DNA from: a candidate division WOR-3 bacterium
GTDB taxonomy: Bacteria > Hydrothermota > Tepidihabitantia > Tepidihabitantales > JAOUPE01
Direction: 5' to 3'
DNA: 64,000 bases
Assembly: GCA_039801565.1 (NCBI GenBank)
Contig: JBDRUX010000001.1
Span: forward strand, 51,403-115,402
Shown here: one piece after another, positions 18,966 to 29,046 of the stretch
Layout: each line of letters begins with the position of its first letter
How positions within the stretch are numbered: the first letter of the stretch is position 1
Translations under genes and position numbers: made by a program
The notes under the pieces: model-generated
The model's input: only the letters and a program-made list of their open reading frames with translations
The model's database searches: none
Told to the model about the DNA's origin: nothing

Positions 18966-20630
18966 TTACTCCTTTTGCTCTTCACCGGTCAATCTTTTAT
19001 ATTTTAAGAATGCCTTTAATCCGTCATAAGCCAGAATAATTGCCGCAACGAATAAGACCAGTCCAATTATCCCAGCAAAATAATTACCGATAATTGAACT
19101 GGTGGACAATCCTTTTCCGGTTACATCCAATCTCGTTATCGCCTGGCGTAAAACTGAAATACTTGTATAAATTAAAGCACTCATTGTTGTCACATACATA
19201 AATATCATTGGGTAAAAGGTAAAACCGGTGGGTTTCTTTTGGCTAACCAGCCAGACCGAGGCAATCAGTAAGGCAAGGCTTGCCATCAATTGATTGGCTG
19301 AACCGAAAAGAACCCAGATATAATTAAAAGTCCCGGTATAGACCAGGACAAAAGATAAGATTAAGGCAATCAAAGTCCCCAAGATCGGATTTCTTAAAGC
19401 GGGTATCTTTTTGCCCAAAAGTTCATTGGTCGCAATCCGCATAAAACGAACTACCAGATGTAAAATCGTGATTGCCAAAACAACAATCATCACCGGTCCA
19501 TAAGCGTTACCCCAAGTCTTAGGCAAACCGATATAACTAAATATTTCACCCATCCCTTGCCCGAATAGGGTATGCCAGGCACCTTTAGCGGTAGTGACAC
19601 TGACGATTATCAAGGCGATTAAGGCGAGTATCATCTCAAGAAACATCGCACCGGCAGTGACAACCCGAGTATCGGTATCCTTTTCCAATTGCCGAGAAGT
19701 GCCTGTGGAAGAAACATTACTATGCCAACCTGAAATCGCGCCGCAGGCAATCGTCACAAATAGCATTGGCCAAAGCGGCAGCCCATCAGCATTAAAACTG
19801 GTGAAGGCCGGGGCTTTGAAATTAGGATGACCGATGATTATTCCTAAGATTGTGCCAATCATCCCGAATAGGATAATATAAAAACCGAGATAATTGACCG
19901 GTTGGACAAAGACCCAGATTGGTAAGACCGAGCCCAAAAAAGAGAAAAGCAAGGCAAAAATTAACCAGAGCATCTTATTTGCTTCTGGACTGGCTAAGGC
20001 GATTTGGATATGACTGCCGAAAAATAACGCAACATAAAAGATAACAAGCCCGATAATCGTAACCAGAATTAGATTGAATCTAACATAATAGATTAGAAAA
20101 CCGACAATCACACCAGCGATGCCAAGAAAGATTAGCGAAAAGGGGATATTGGGGTTATTAGCCATAAAAGTGGCTACCACATTGGCAAAGGCAGCAGCAA
20201 TTAGTAAGAGATAGAAATAGATAAAAGAGAGTAAAATGATTCGGGTGCGGGGCGAGATTAGAGAGTAAGATATTCCGCCAAAGGTCTTGCCGTCGTTACG
20301 CATTGAGACGATTGCGCTCGTATAATCCTGAATCCAACCGATGAAAAATGTCCCTAAAAGAATCCAGATTAATCCGGGTAGCCAGCCCCATTTGATAGCG
20401 ATGATTGGACCAAGCACCGGTGCTGCCCCAGCGATTGATTTGAACTGATAACCGAAAAGGATATTCTTTGAGGTTGGCATAAAATCAACCCCATCAGCAT
20501 AAAGTCGGGCTGGAGTCGCTCGTTTCGGGTCGGTCTGGATTACTTTTTTGTCATAATATTTGGCATAAATTTGGAACCCAAGATAATATACTATTATACC
20601 AAGGATAATCACAACTACTGAATTCATCAT
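18966..20630 (-). CDS. cstA: carbon starvation protein A family peptide/pyruvate transporter
   Basis: N-terminus (FGYQFKSIAGAAPVLGPIIA) and multi-TM architecture are typical of CstA. Confidence 0.85.
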   Translation of the reverse strand: MMNSVVVIILGIIVYYLGFQIYAKYYDKKVIQTDPKRATPARLYADGVDFMPTSKNILFGYQFKSIAGAAPVLGPIIAIKWGWLPGLIWILLGTFFIGWIQDYTSAIVSMRNDGKTFGGISYSLISPRTRIILLSFIYFYLLLIAAAFANVVATFMANNPNIPFSLIFLGIAGVIVGFLIYYVRFNLILVTIIGLVIFYVALFFGSHIQIALASPEANKMLWLIFALLFSFLGSVLPIWVFVQPVNYLGFYIILFGMIGTILGIIIGHPNFKAPAFTSFNADGLPLWPMLFVTIACGAISGWHSNVSSTGTSRQLEKDTDTRVVTAGAMFLEMILALIALIIVSVTTAKGAWHTLFGQGMGEIFSYIGLPKTWGNAYGPVMIVVLAITILHLVVRFMRIATNELLGKKIPALRNPILGTLIALILSFVLVYTGTFNYIWVLFGSANQLMASLALLIASVWLVSQKKPTGFTFYPMIFMYVTTMSALIYTSISVLRQAITRLDVTGKGLSTSSIIGNYFAGIIGLVLFVAAIILAYDGLKAFLKYKRLTGEEQKE

Positions 20631-21494
20631 TTAGAATTCTATAAATTTTTGTCCAAAAGTCAATCCACCCGAGTAAATCAAGTTGCTATTTTTCTTATCT
20701 TCACAATGAGAAAGGTCATCTTAAAATGAAGATTTGTATTTTGTGCGTGGTCAATAATTGAGTATCCAAGGTGATTAATCATCTTTTGAGGACCGCTCTT
20801 TGACAATTTGGTTTGTGTCTAATAAACCACTGCAACTCGTTAAAAAACTCCAACATCTTAACTTTCAATCAAAGGAGCAAAGCCCCTTTAAAACTCCAAT
20901 TCTTTTCTTAAATCCGAGGAGATGAGGGGTTTCCCCTCATCCACAAACTTGAAAGTTATCATTAGAATCAAAAGCAATATCGCCTATGACTTTCTTTACC
21001 TTCACATTGGGATGGAGTTACTTAAATATTGAGTAATCACCGAAGAAAATTGCTGAGTCTTGGATTCGTTACCTGAAACTACTTCGACGGCGATAGGAAA
21101 TGAGGAGGCTTTTACGCTAACCAAAATGAATCCCTTCATCACTATGAGCTCAATATGATTGGTTTTGGTTAGGGCAAAGATTTAAGTGACGAAGCTGTGG
21201 AAGAGTCGAAAGATTTTATCGTCTTTGCGGAGGTTCTTTTCGATAAAGAAAGTATTAGGTATGGGCAGGGGTTTTGAAATGTCTCACAGAAAATGAGAAA
21301 AAAGTGACAGACAAATCGGCGAAGCCGATTTAGAAAGAGAAAAAGAAAATTCCTTAAGAATTCGTTTCTTCTTTTAAACTTATTATACTCATTTAAATTT
21401 CCACGACTAATAGGGGACTACCAGAGCTAGTGGCTTATTTTATAATCTTTCATAAAGTTTTTGACAGTACCTTTAATTTGATAAAATCCGGCAA

Positions 21495-21545
21495 GCTTAA
21501 TACAAACGAAATCCCCTGCTTCCCGCCCGGAGCGGAAAGCAGGGG
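21495..21545 (-). terminator. putative rho-independent terminator after the Pro-rich repeat gene
   Basis: Stem cccctgctt / aagcagggg with a 15-nt loop, followed on the minus strand by a U-rich stretch. Confidence 0.4.
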
Positions 21546-21616
21546 TAAAGGATGGCTCCTGCTTATGCCTTCGATTTATTCATTAGCGAAAAGCAGATAG
21601 TGCGCCAACTTTAGCT

Positions 21617-21919
21617 TCAAGTGCTAATAGTCGGTGGAACCGGTTTCGGTGGCTGAGGAATACCATCCGGTGGCACCGGCTTCGGTGGTTGCGGAATACC
21701 ATCAGCAAAAATCAGAGGAGGTACGGGTTTAGGAGGTTGGGGAATACCATCGGTGTAAAGCCCCGGTGGAACCGGTTTCGGTGGCTGAGGAATACCATCC
21801 GGTGGCACCGGCTTCGGTGGTTGCGGAATACCATCAGCAATCACTGCGAAGACAGTGATCAGGAGCACAATCCATAAAAGCGCGGTAGTATGTCGCACAG
21901 AGCCTCCTTTCTTGGGCAT
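21617..21919 (-). CDS. small membrane-anchored protein with five tandem DGIPQPPKPVPP repeats
   Basis: N-terminal TM (ALLWIVLLITVFAVIA). A 36-nt tandem coding repeat, present 5 times. Confidence 0.55.
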   Translation of the reverse strand: MPKKGGSVRHTTALLWIVLLITVFAVIADGIPQPPKPVPPDGIPQPPKPVPPGLYTDGIPQPPKPVPPLIFADGIPQPPKPVPPDGIPQPPKPVPPTIST

Positions 21920-22085
21920 ACGCCCATTATTATTAATATCATTTCTAATTCCACCCGGTACTAATTTATAAGATGTTAATATTACAATTCTTAAAAAAAT
22001 AATGCAAATTTTTTAATTCTAACAATGAAAATAAAATTGTCGCACCGCTCAAAAAGTTTTATAAGTTTTGTATTATCAGTTAATT

Positions 22086-25000
22086 TTAAGAACTCTGGAA
22101 GTCTTCTTTATTGATATTATAACGTCGGAGCAATCGTTGAATTTGTCGCCGATGGGTGGAGAGCATTTGAGCAGCACGACTCACATTGCCTTGGGTGGCT
22201 TTGAGTGCTTCAATTACTTGTTCCCTCTCCAAACTTTTCTTTTGACCTTTCTCAATTTTCATCGTCTTTGCAAAATTAACAATTTTCGGACCGAGATTTT
22301 CTAAACTGATTTTTCGCTTTTGCGCCATTATCACTGCTCGTTCGATTACATTTTGCAGTTCTCGGACATTACCTGGCCAGGGATATTCGGTAAGAATTTG
22401 GGGAATGTTATCTTCAAAACCCAGAATCGGCTTATTGAGTTGTTTCGCATACCGTTTTAAAAAATATCCGGCTAATAGCATAATATCGCTTTTCCGCTCT
22501 CTTAACGGTGGCACCTGAATTGTTACAACATTCAAGCGATAATAAAGGTCTTCGCGAAACCGATTAGCTTTAACTTCTTCTTCAAGATTTTTGTTAGTGG
22601 CACAAATCAGTCGCACATCTACTCTTCTCGGTTCAGTTTCTCCCACCCGTCGAATAATCTTGTCCTCCAAGACCTCTAAAAGTTTTGCTTGGATACTTAA
22701 TGAGGTATTGGCAATCTCATCCATAAAAATTGTACCATGTTCAGCAATTTCGAATAAGCCTTCTTTGTCCCGAATCGCTCCGGTAAAAGCACCTTTGCAA
22801 TGCCCAAATAGTTCGGATTCAAATAGTGTTTCAGGCAATGTGCCGCAGTTGATTGAAACAAATTTGTTGGCACGTCGGTTACTATTGGCATGAATTAATC
22901 GAGCTAATACCCCTTTACCTGAACCAGTCTCACCTAATAATAGCACAGTACAATCAGTTGGAGCTATCTGTTCGATTATCGAATAGACATCCTTTATCGC
23001 TTTAGAACGTCCTAAAAAATAGCCAGTTACCGCATCGGTCAAAATATCCTCCCGCAGCGCGGAAAAATCCTCTTGCATCTTCTTGAAAGCAAAAGAGCGG
23101 TCAATAGTGGCAGCAAGAAGATTGGCTACCGAGATGAGTAAATTTTTGTCTTCTTCGACAAACACATTGGGATTGATTCGGGAATCAAGATAAATTGTCC
23201 CGATAACTTTATCATCAATCCGCAATGGTACACAGACTAAAGAACGAATTTTATTTAATACCACACTATTAGAATTAACAAACCTTGGGTCCGATAAAGC
23301 ATCAGCGCAAATTATCGGTTCCGCACGTTTTTTAACCTGACGAATCACAGTTCGCGAAATTGTATGTGCATCTTCTAAAGTGGTGTGGTCAACATTACGC
23401 GCCGCCACCGGGAATAACTTATCCCCTTGAATTAAGAAAAGAAGACCGCGCTCGGCCTGGGTTACATCAATGATTAAATCTAATAACCGGTCAGCAAAAT
23501 CCTCTTTCTCTAAGTCAAGATTAATTAATTCACTTAATTCATAGAAGACTTTTAAATATTCGCCACGCTCCCGCCCTTTTAATTTATGGGTTGCTTCAAG
23601 TTGACTAATATGATTTAACATATATCTCACCCTTTCTTGTTCAACTTTCGCTCCTAAACTTGTAAAAATTGTCTCAGCCTCTTTTAAATCATCCAATACC
23701 CGGGTAAGTTCCTGTTCCGATAATGGCTTGTAAGTAATTGGTAGGGGCTCGCCTTGGTTATAAGTTTTAGGTGCAGTAAGAAGTAACAGGCTTGCCTGGG
23801 CTTGGTAATAAAGCGATTTTGCCATTTCATATTTTGCACCTAAGCTCCGAAGAATCTCAATACTTCGATTCAATTCTTCTTTCCCATCATCCGTAAAACC
23901 AAGGGCATGTTTAGCTAATCCTCGCCACCGTAATAAAAGGGAGTATAGTCTCGGATTAGCATTATATGCTTGACCTTCTGCTGCTGGTAAAGTTAATAAA
24001 TTCTGAGCTCGTTCACAGGTGGTTAAACACTTAGACCAATCGGCTTCAGCCGCCCGTATCCCAGCTGCAGTTAAAAGCATTTCAATCAATTTCTGTTTAT
24101 TTCCTTTCGCATAAATTCTTTGCACATTAAGGGCAAGGGCAAGAGATTTAATTGCTGAATCTACTTGATCGCGCATCAAGTGTAATTTCGCCCAAGCTAA
24201 GTAAATTTGACCCAAAATTTGTTGATTTTTGTTCTGTTTGGTCAAATTTTCTGCTTCTTTAAGCAAAGGTTCAGCATCAATGAAGTCGCCTTTTTTCGTA
24301 AATAGATTAGCCAGATTAATTAGTCCGATGACCAACCCATTATCGTCCCTAATATTTTGCCGAATTTCGATATCCTTTTGGTAATAAGCGGTTGCTTTTT
24401 GCCAGTCCCCCATCTCTTCTAAGATAATACCTAGGTTACACAATGTATCACCCAATCCGGCTGAATCACCAATTTTTTCGCAGAGTTCTTTTGCTTCTTT
24501 AAAATATTCTAAGGCTTGATGCCAATCGCCAGTTTCAAAATCAACCAAACCAAGACCCTGAATGGTACGAATCCGAAAGTAAACATCGCTCAATTCCCAA
24601 AGTGGTGAGGATAGGATGGAAGAATAAGTTTCTTTTGCCTTATTTAATTCCCCTTTCTGCCAGTAGATTGTCGCTAAGAACTGACCAATTTTTCCCCGGA
24701 GATTGGACTTGGAAGAAATCCAGTTTGATTCTACTTCTTCTCGCGCAGGGGCTGGTTTCTCATATAATGCAAGACCACGATTCGCATATTCTAAGGCCAA
24801 ATCAATCTCCCCTTTATACCAGGCAAGGGCACTCATTCCATAAAGAGTTCGTGCCTTTAGGTCAACCAACGATTCGGAATTTTTTAAATCAATCGTTTTT
24901 AAGGCTAAAGAATAAAACTCCTCGGCTTTCTTAAAATCACCTTTAGCGGTTAACGACCAGCCGATGTCATTCCAAAGGGTTATTGTTCCAACTGCGTCTT

Positions 25001-27428
25001 TTTCTTTAAGGGTGGTGAGTGCTTGTTTGAAATAACTGATTGATTCATCTACTTTACCTTGTTTCTGATAGATTAGTCCTAATCGGCGCAAAACACTGGC
25101 TAATAGCGAAACATAGTTGGGTTCTCTTCTTAAGGTATTGTCGGAAAAGAGAATACCCAGTCCTTGAGTATAAATGTCAATGGCATCGGCAAAGCGTCCC
25201 GTGATTTCCCGCAAGCGCCCAACAGCTTCAATTAACTCAATCCGTTCTCGGGCTGATACAAAGTTGGATGATAAGGCAAGCGCAGTTTCATAAAAACCAA
25301 GTGCCAATTCTGTCAGATTTAATCTTTTTGCTTTGGCTCCTGCCTCACGACAATAGTTAAAAGCTCGATCTTTTATCCCAGCCTGGGTGTAGTGGTGAGC
25401 TAAATCAAAAAGGTAACGATCTTGTTCCCGCGGGTAAAGCAATTCGATTGCCAGGGCAACTGAGCGATGATAATCCCGTCTTTCTTGCACACTAATTCCT
25501 TCGGTAATAATCGCTTCTAAGGTCTTGGAGGATAAGACAAAACCATCCGAATCGGGTAGGGGGCGCAGTAAATTAATCGCCCGTAACCTTGAAAAAATTG
25601 AATAGAGGAGATGTTCCTCATAACCTAAAACCGCACGAACAAAATCAACTGTGAAAGGAGTTCCAGTAATCGCTCCCACCTTTAAAACTTCTAATTCTTC
25701 TCGAGTGAGAGTACTCAGTCGTTCTTTAATCAGCGAGTAGACAGTGTCTGGTAATTTGAAATCGCCTGATGTCAATCGGTTACGGTCTAATCTCCAACGA
25801 CCGTATTCCAATTGAATGACCTTGCTGGCCAAAAGGGAATAAAGCGATTCAATCACAAATAGTGGATTACCGCCGGTACTGGCAAAAAGCCAGGTGCTCA
25901 ACTCGGCGCTTGATGGATGAGGACCAAGAATTGCTTCCACTAAAAGTTGAGTCTCCTCTTGAGTTAGTGGACCAAGCGTAATGTGTTGAAAAAATTCTTT
26001 TCCCAAAAATTCTTTACTGAGTTCTAAAATTCTCCGCTCATTCAAACTGCTCACCACCACAAAAATTTTCTCCTTCTCAATGCTAAATCCTAAGAATCGG
26101 AGAAATTCGAGACTCATTGAATCAAATAATTCAAAATTATCAATCAGCAATAAAAGGCTGTGTTCAACCTTTGATGAATTAGCTAACGCTTTGAGCTTTT
26201 TTATTATTTCTTCAAATAATTCATATTTTGTTGCCTCGTCTTCCTGCTTTGCTACAATGTTTTTGATATCTTTACCATCATAAATTGATAAATTAGCTAA
26301 AATGTCTTCAATTAAAGATGGGGGGCGAGCACCTAATGCAGTATGAGCCGATTGTAAAATTGAAACACCTTCTAATTTAGCGAGAAATTTAAATTCTTGT
26401 AAAAGCCTACTTTTACCCACGCCGCGTTCCCCGGTGATAAAAACTAATTGTCCATTTGAACCTTTGGCTGATTCTAACCGGTTTCTAAGAACGTTTAACT
26501 CATTTTCTCGGCCAATAAAACTCGAAGCTTGAAGAGAAAAAACACCTTCTCCGCTTCGCCGAATGCCAATAGTCGGTATTTTTTCCTTTAAAGATTCTGG
26601 TATTATATCACTTATCGTCTCGATAACTTCTAAGGCAGAAATTGGACGCCGAAAAGCATCCCGTGCGAGTAAACGCATACAAAGGTTAGAAAACTTCTCG
26701 GGGATTTTGCTATCAATCTCACTTGGTGGCGCGAAGTTGGAATAATATTGAGTCCGTAGCCAATTCCGTAAATCTGTTTCGGTTGACGGTCCCCGACCGG
26801 TTAGGATTTCATAAATTACCATACCTAATGAGTATAGGTCAGCCCGACCATCCGCTTCGGTTCCCTTAAAAATTTCTGGTGCAATGTAACCAAGTGTTCC
26901 GCGTGGTATCTGATTGGAAGAAGAGAAATAATTAGCAAACCCAAAATCTAATAATTTGGCTCTTGCCTTGTTACCGGTGTCAGAGTCGATCGCCGTATTG
27001 ACCAGGATATTCTGAGGTTTCAAATCACAATGAATTAATCCCTGGCTGTGAATAGTATCTAAGGCATACAATATCTCAATCAACACTAATAATAAATCTT
27101 CGGAATATCCTTTAAAAAATTTGTTAATCGGCGCACCTGGAAAATATTCCATTGTAAAGAATGGCTTTCTTTCAGTTATCCCAAAATCGAAAGGTGCGAC
27201 AATATTCGGATGATTAAAGCGACTGAGCATGAAAAATTCTTGATTTAATTGATTCTCAATTTCTTTTGTCGCAGGTTCTCGGGAGATTTTTAGGGCTACG
27301 ATGCGGGCACCAACCAAATCCTTTGTTTTGTAAACCTCAGTTATTTCACCACCACCCAGATAATCTAAAACCTGATAACGGCCGGCAATTAAACTGCCGG
27401 TTTTAAAAGCACCCTCTTTTTGATTCAT
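22086..27428 (-). CDS. Giant multidomain regulator: Ser/Thr protein kinase + STAND/AAA ATPase + TPR array + GAF + sigma-54 activator (AAA+) + Fis-type HTH
   Basis: Kinase motifs HCDLKPQN, DFG and APE. A P-loop GERGVGKS follows the kinase. About 600 aa of TPR-like repeats. A GAF-like region. An EBP core with GETGSGKGVLARLIH and intact GAFTGA. A C-terminal HTH (NVSRAAQMLS). Confidence 0.8.
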   Translation of the reverse strand: MNQKEGAFKTGSLIAGRYQVLDYLGGGEITEVYKTKDLVGARIVALKISREPATKEIENQLNQEFFMLSRFNHPNIVAPFDFGITERKPFFTMEYFPGAPINKFFKGYSEDLLLVLIEILYALDTIHSQGLIHCDLKPQNILVNTAIDSDTGNKARAKLLDFGFANYFSSSNQIPRGTLGYIAPEIFKGTEADGRADLYSLGMVIYEILTGRGPSTETDLRNWLRTQYYSNFAPPSEIDSKIPEKFSNLCMRLLARDAFRRPISALEVIETISDIIPESLKEKIPTIGIRRSGEGVFSLQASSFIGRENELNVLRNRLESAKGSNGQLVFITGERGVGKSRLLQEFKFLAKLEGVSILQSAHTALGARPPSLIEDILANLSIYDGKDIKNIVAKQEDEATKYELFEEIIKKLKALANSSKVEHSLLLLIDNFELFDSMSLEFLRFLGFSIEKEKIFVVVSSLNERRILELSKEFLGKEFFQHITLGPLTQEETQLLVEAILGPHPSSAELSTWLFASTGGNPLFVIESLYSLLASKVIQLEYGRWRLDRNRLTSGDFKLPDTVYSLIKERLSTLTREELEVLKVGAITGTPFTVDFVRAVLGYEEHLLYSIFSRLRAINLLRPLPDSDGFVLSSKTLEAIITEGISVQERRDYHRSVALAIELLYPREQDRYLFDLAHHYTQAGIKDRAFNYCREAGAKAKRLNLTELALGFYETALALSSNFVSARERIELIEAVGRLREITGRFADAIDIYTQGLGILFSDNTLRREPNYVSLLASVLRRLGLIYQKQGKVDESISYFKQALTTLKEKDAVGTITLWNDIGWSLTAKGDFKKAEEFYSLALKTIDLKNSESLVDLKARTLYGMSALAWYKGEIDLALEYANRGLALYEKPAPAREEVESNWISSKSNLRGKIGQFLATIYWQKGELNKAKETYSSILSSPLWELSDVYFRIRTIQGLGLVDFETGDWHQALEYFKEAKELCEKIGDSAGLGDTLCNLGIILEEMGDWQKATAYYQKDIEIRQNIRDDNGLVIGLINLANLFTKKGDFIDAEPLLKEAENLTKQNKNQQILGQIYLAWAKLHLMRDQVDSAIKSLALALNVQRIYAKGNKQKLIEMLLTAAGIRAAEADWSKCLTTCERAQNLLTLPAAEGQAYNANPRLYSLLLRWRGLAKHALGFTDDGKEELNRSIEILRSLGAKYEMAKSLYYQAQASLLLLTAPKTYNQGEPLPITYKPLSEQELTRVLDDLKEAETIFTSLGAKVEQERVRYMLNHISQLEATHKLKGRERGEYLKVFYELSELINLDLEKEDFADRLLDLIIDVTQAERGLLFLIQGDKLFPVAARNVDHTTLEDAHTISRTVIRQVKKRAEPIICADALSDPRFVNSNSVVLNKIRSLVCVPLRIDDKVIGTIYLDSRINPNVFVEEDKNLLISVANLLAATIDRSFAFKKMQEDFSALREDILTDAVTGYFLGRSKAIKDVYSIIEQIAPTDCTVLLLGETGSGKGVLARLIHANSNRRANKFVSINCGTLPETLFESELFGHCKGAFTGAIRDKEGLFEIAEHGTIFMDEIANTSLSIQAKLLEVLEDKIIRRVGETEPRRVDVRLICATNKNLEEEVKANRFREDLYYRLNVVTIQVPPLRERKSDIMLLAGYFLKRYAKQLNKPILGFEDNIPQILTEYPWPGNVRELQNVIERAVIMAQKRKISLENLGPKIVNFAKTMKIEKGQKKSLEREQVIEALKATQGNVSRAAQMLSTHRRQIQRLLRRYNINKEDFQSS

Positions 27429-27436
27429 TCAATAAA

Positions 27437-27464
27437 ATTATACTAAAAATTTTATATTTGTCAA
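27437..27464 (-). promoter_or_regulatory. sigma-70-like promoter (TTGACA-N16-TATAAT) placing the TSS at or next to the start codon of the giant regulator
   Basis: Minus-strand reading: ttgacaaatataaaatttttagtataat. The ATG is at 27428. A 7-bp inverted repeat TGCGACA-N6-TGTCGCA lies at 27473-27492, just upstream. Confidence 0.45.
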
Positions 27465-27557
27465 CAATAAAGTGCGACAGATGTTTGTCGCATTTAGAAA
27501 TGCTATGTTTTATCAATTTAAATAGTTAAAATAATCTATGTAGGGGAGAATATAGAA

Positions 27558-27631
27558 TGGGCCGTGCAGGACTCGAACCTGCGGCCACCGGATTAAAAAT
27601 CAGGTGCTCTACCAGCCTGAGCTAACGGCCC
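27558..27631 (-). tRNA. tRNA-Lys (anticodon UUU)
   Basis: Reverse complement GGGCCGTTAGCTCAGGCTGGTAGAGCACCTGATTTTTAATCCGGTGGCCGCAGGTTCGAGTCCTGCACGGCCCA. The 7-bp acceptor stem, D arm and T arm (GCAGG/CCTGC) pair correctly. Anticodon loop TT-TTT-AA. One T-C mismatch occurs in the anticodon stem. Confidence 0.8.
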
Positions 27632-27721
27632 ATTGAGATTTTTTATATAGATTTTACTCAGGTTAAAACTTGCACTCATTTTACTGAAAAGTTATTTTAT
27701 TGTCAATAATAAACATCCCCC

Positions 27722-28969
27722 TTAACTTTTTGTTAATGCCTGGTCTAAATCTTTAATAATATCATTAACATTTTCAATACCTACCGAGAGTCGTACCAAA
27801 TCGTCGGTAATCCCCGCAGCGATGCGATCTTTAGGGCTAAGGTGAAAGTGGGTCATTGAGGCTGGGTGTTCGATAAGGGTCTCGACACCCCCTAAGCTTA
27901 CTGCAAGAGTGCAGAGTTGAACGTTATTCATTAGGGATTTGGCAGCTTTAAAACCACCTTTTAGACCAAAGCTTATCATCCCGCCGCCTGCCTTCATTTG
28001 TTTTTTTGCAACCGAATGATGGGGATGGCTTTTAAGCCAGGGGTAGCGAACCCATTTCACCTTGGGATGGTCTTGAAGATAATTAGCGACTTTTAAAGCG
28101 TTAAAAGAATGACGCTCCATCCTTAATGCCAAGGTTTTGATTCCACGATGCACTAAGAAGGCTTGCAGAGGGTCAATAATGCCACCGGTGTCATTTAAGA
28201 CGGTTCGTAACTTATCGAATAGGCCTTGGTCTTTTACGACAATCATTCCAGCCACAACATCAGCGTGGCCGTTAAGATATTTGGTCATACTGTGAATTAC
28301 AATGTCAGCACCTAATTCTAAGGGTTTTTGGATGATTGGAGAACAGAATGTATTATCCACTACCAAAATAATTTTATTGGAGGAGTTTGAGGCTAATCGA
28401 GCGATTGCTGAAATATCGGAAATCGCTAAGGTCGGGTTAGCAGGTGTCTCGAGGAAGATGAGTCTGGTGTTTGACTTTATAGCATTTTGACACTCTTTTA
28501 AAGAAGAGGTGTCTACGGGTGATATCTCAACACCGAATTTGGTTAGGATATTTTTTAAAAGACTTGTAGTGGCACCATAGAGGACGTTACCGCAAATTAC
28601 GTGGTCGCCTTGGCTTAGCAGTGTCTGAAAAACTGTGTTGATTGCAGCCATACCGCTGGCACAAGCTAATGCGCCGACCCCATTTTCTAAACTGGCAACA
28701 CAGTCTTCAAGGGTCTTGATCGTTGGGTTGCCGAGTCGGGTATAGATATAACCTTTTTGGGTACCTTGAAAGATTTTTACCCCTTGGTTAACATTTTTGA
28801 ATCGAAAGGTTGATACTTGATAGATAGGTGGCACTACCGCACCATATGCGTCCTGCATCCCACCGGCGTGAACAGTTAAAGTATCAATAGCGAGCTTGGA
28901 AATTTTGTTGCAATTTGGTTTATGGTGTTTGATTGTACGGATTTTGTTGGTTTTAGGCTTTTTTTTCAT
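27722..28969 (-). CDS. Cys/Met-metabolism PLP-dependent enzyme (methionine gamma-lyase / cystathionine gamma-synthase family)
   Basis: Trans-sulfuration family features: IDTLTVHAGG, GMAAINT, and a PLP-lysine context (VIHSMTKYLNGH). The Lys-rich N-terminal extension suggests the true start may be internal. Confidence 0.8.
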   Translation of the reverse strand: MKKKPKTNKIRTIKHHKPNCNKISKLAIDTLTVHAGGMQDAYGAVVPPIYQVSTFRFKNVNQGVKIFQGTQKGYIYTRLGNPTIKTLEDCVASLENGVGALACASGMAAINTVFQTLLSQGDHVICGNVLYGATTSLLKNILTKFGVEISPVDTSSLKECQNAIKSNTRLIFLETPANPTLAISDISAIARLASNSSNKIILVVDNTFCSPIIQKPLELGADIVIHSMTKYLNGHADVVAGMIVVKDQGLFDKLRTVLNDTGGIIDPLQAFLVHRGIKTLALRMERHSFNALKVANYLQDHPKVKWVRYPWLKSHPHHSVAKKQMKAGGGMISFGLKGGFKAAKSLMNNVQLCTLAVSLGGVETLIEHPASMTHFHLSPKDRIAAGITDDLVRLSVGIENVNDIIKDLDQALTKS

Positions 28970-29046
28970 CTGAGAATTATAAAGGTTAAATTTTATTGAG
29001 TCAAGGTCTGGATTTAGCTGTTAAATATTGGTCATTTGTTGTTGGA

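Noticed and set aside
20905-20935. Perfect 9-bp hairpin gatgagggg-ttt-cccctcatc in the cstA upstream region as a terminator
   Set aside because: No U-tract follows on either strand. It is kept only as an unexplained structure, possibly part of an ncRNA or operator.
21920-22085. sigma-54 (-24/-12) promoter in front of the Pro-rich repeat gene as target of the adjacent EBP
   Set aside because: No match to TGGCAC-N5-TTGC(A/T) on the coding strand. The link between the two genes remains inference only.
27558-27631. Doubt about the tRNA call because of a T-C mismatch in the anticodon stem
   Set aside because: The acceptor, D and T arms pair perfectly, the anticodon loop is canonical (U33, UUU, A37), and the length is 74 nt. 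The mismatch may be genuine or a read error, and the tRNA-Lys call is retained.
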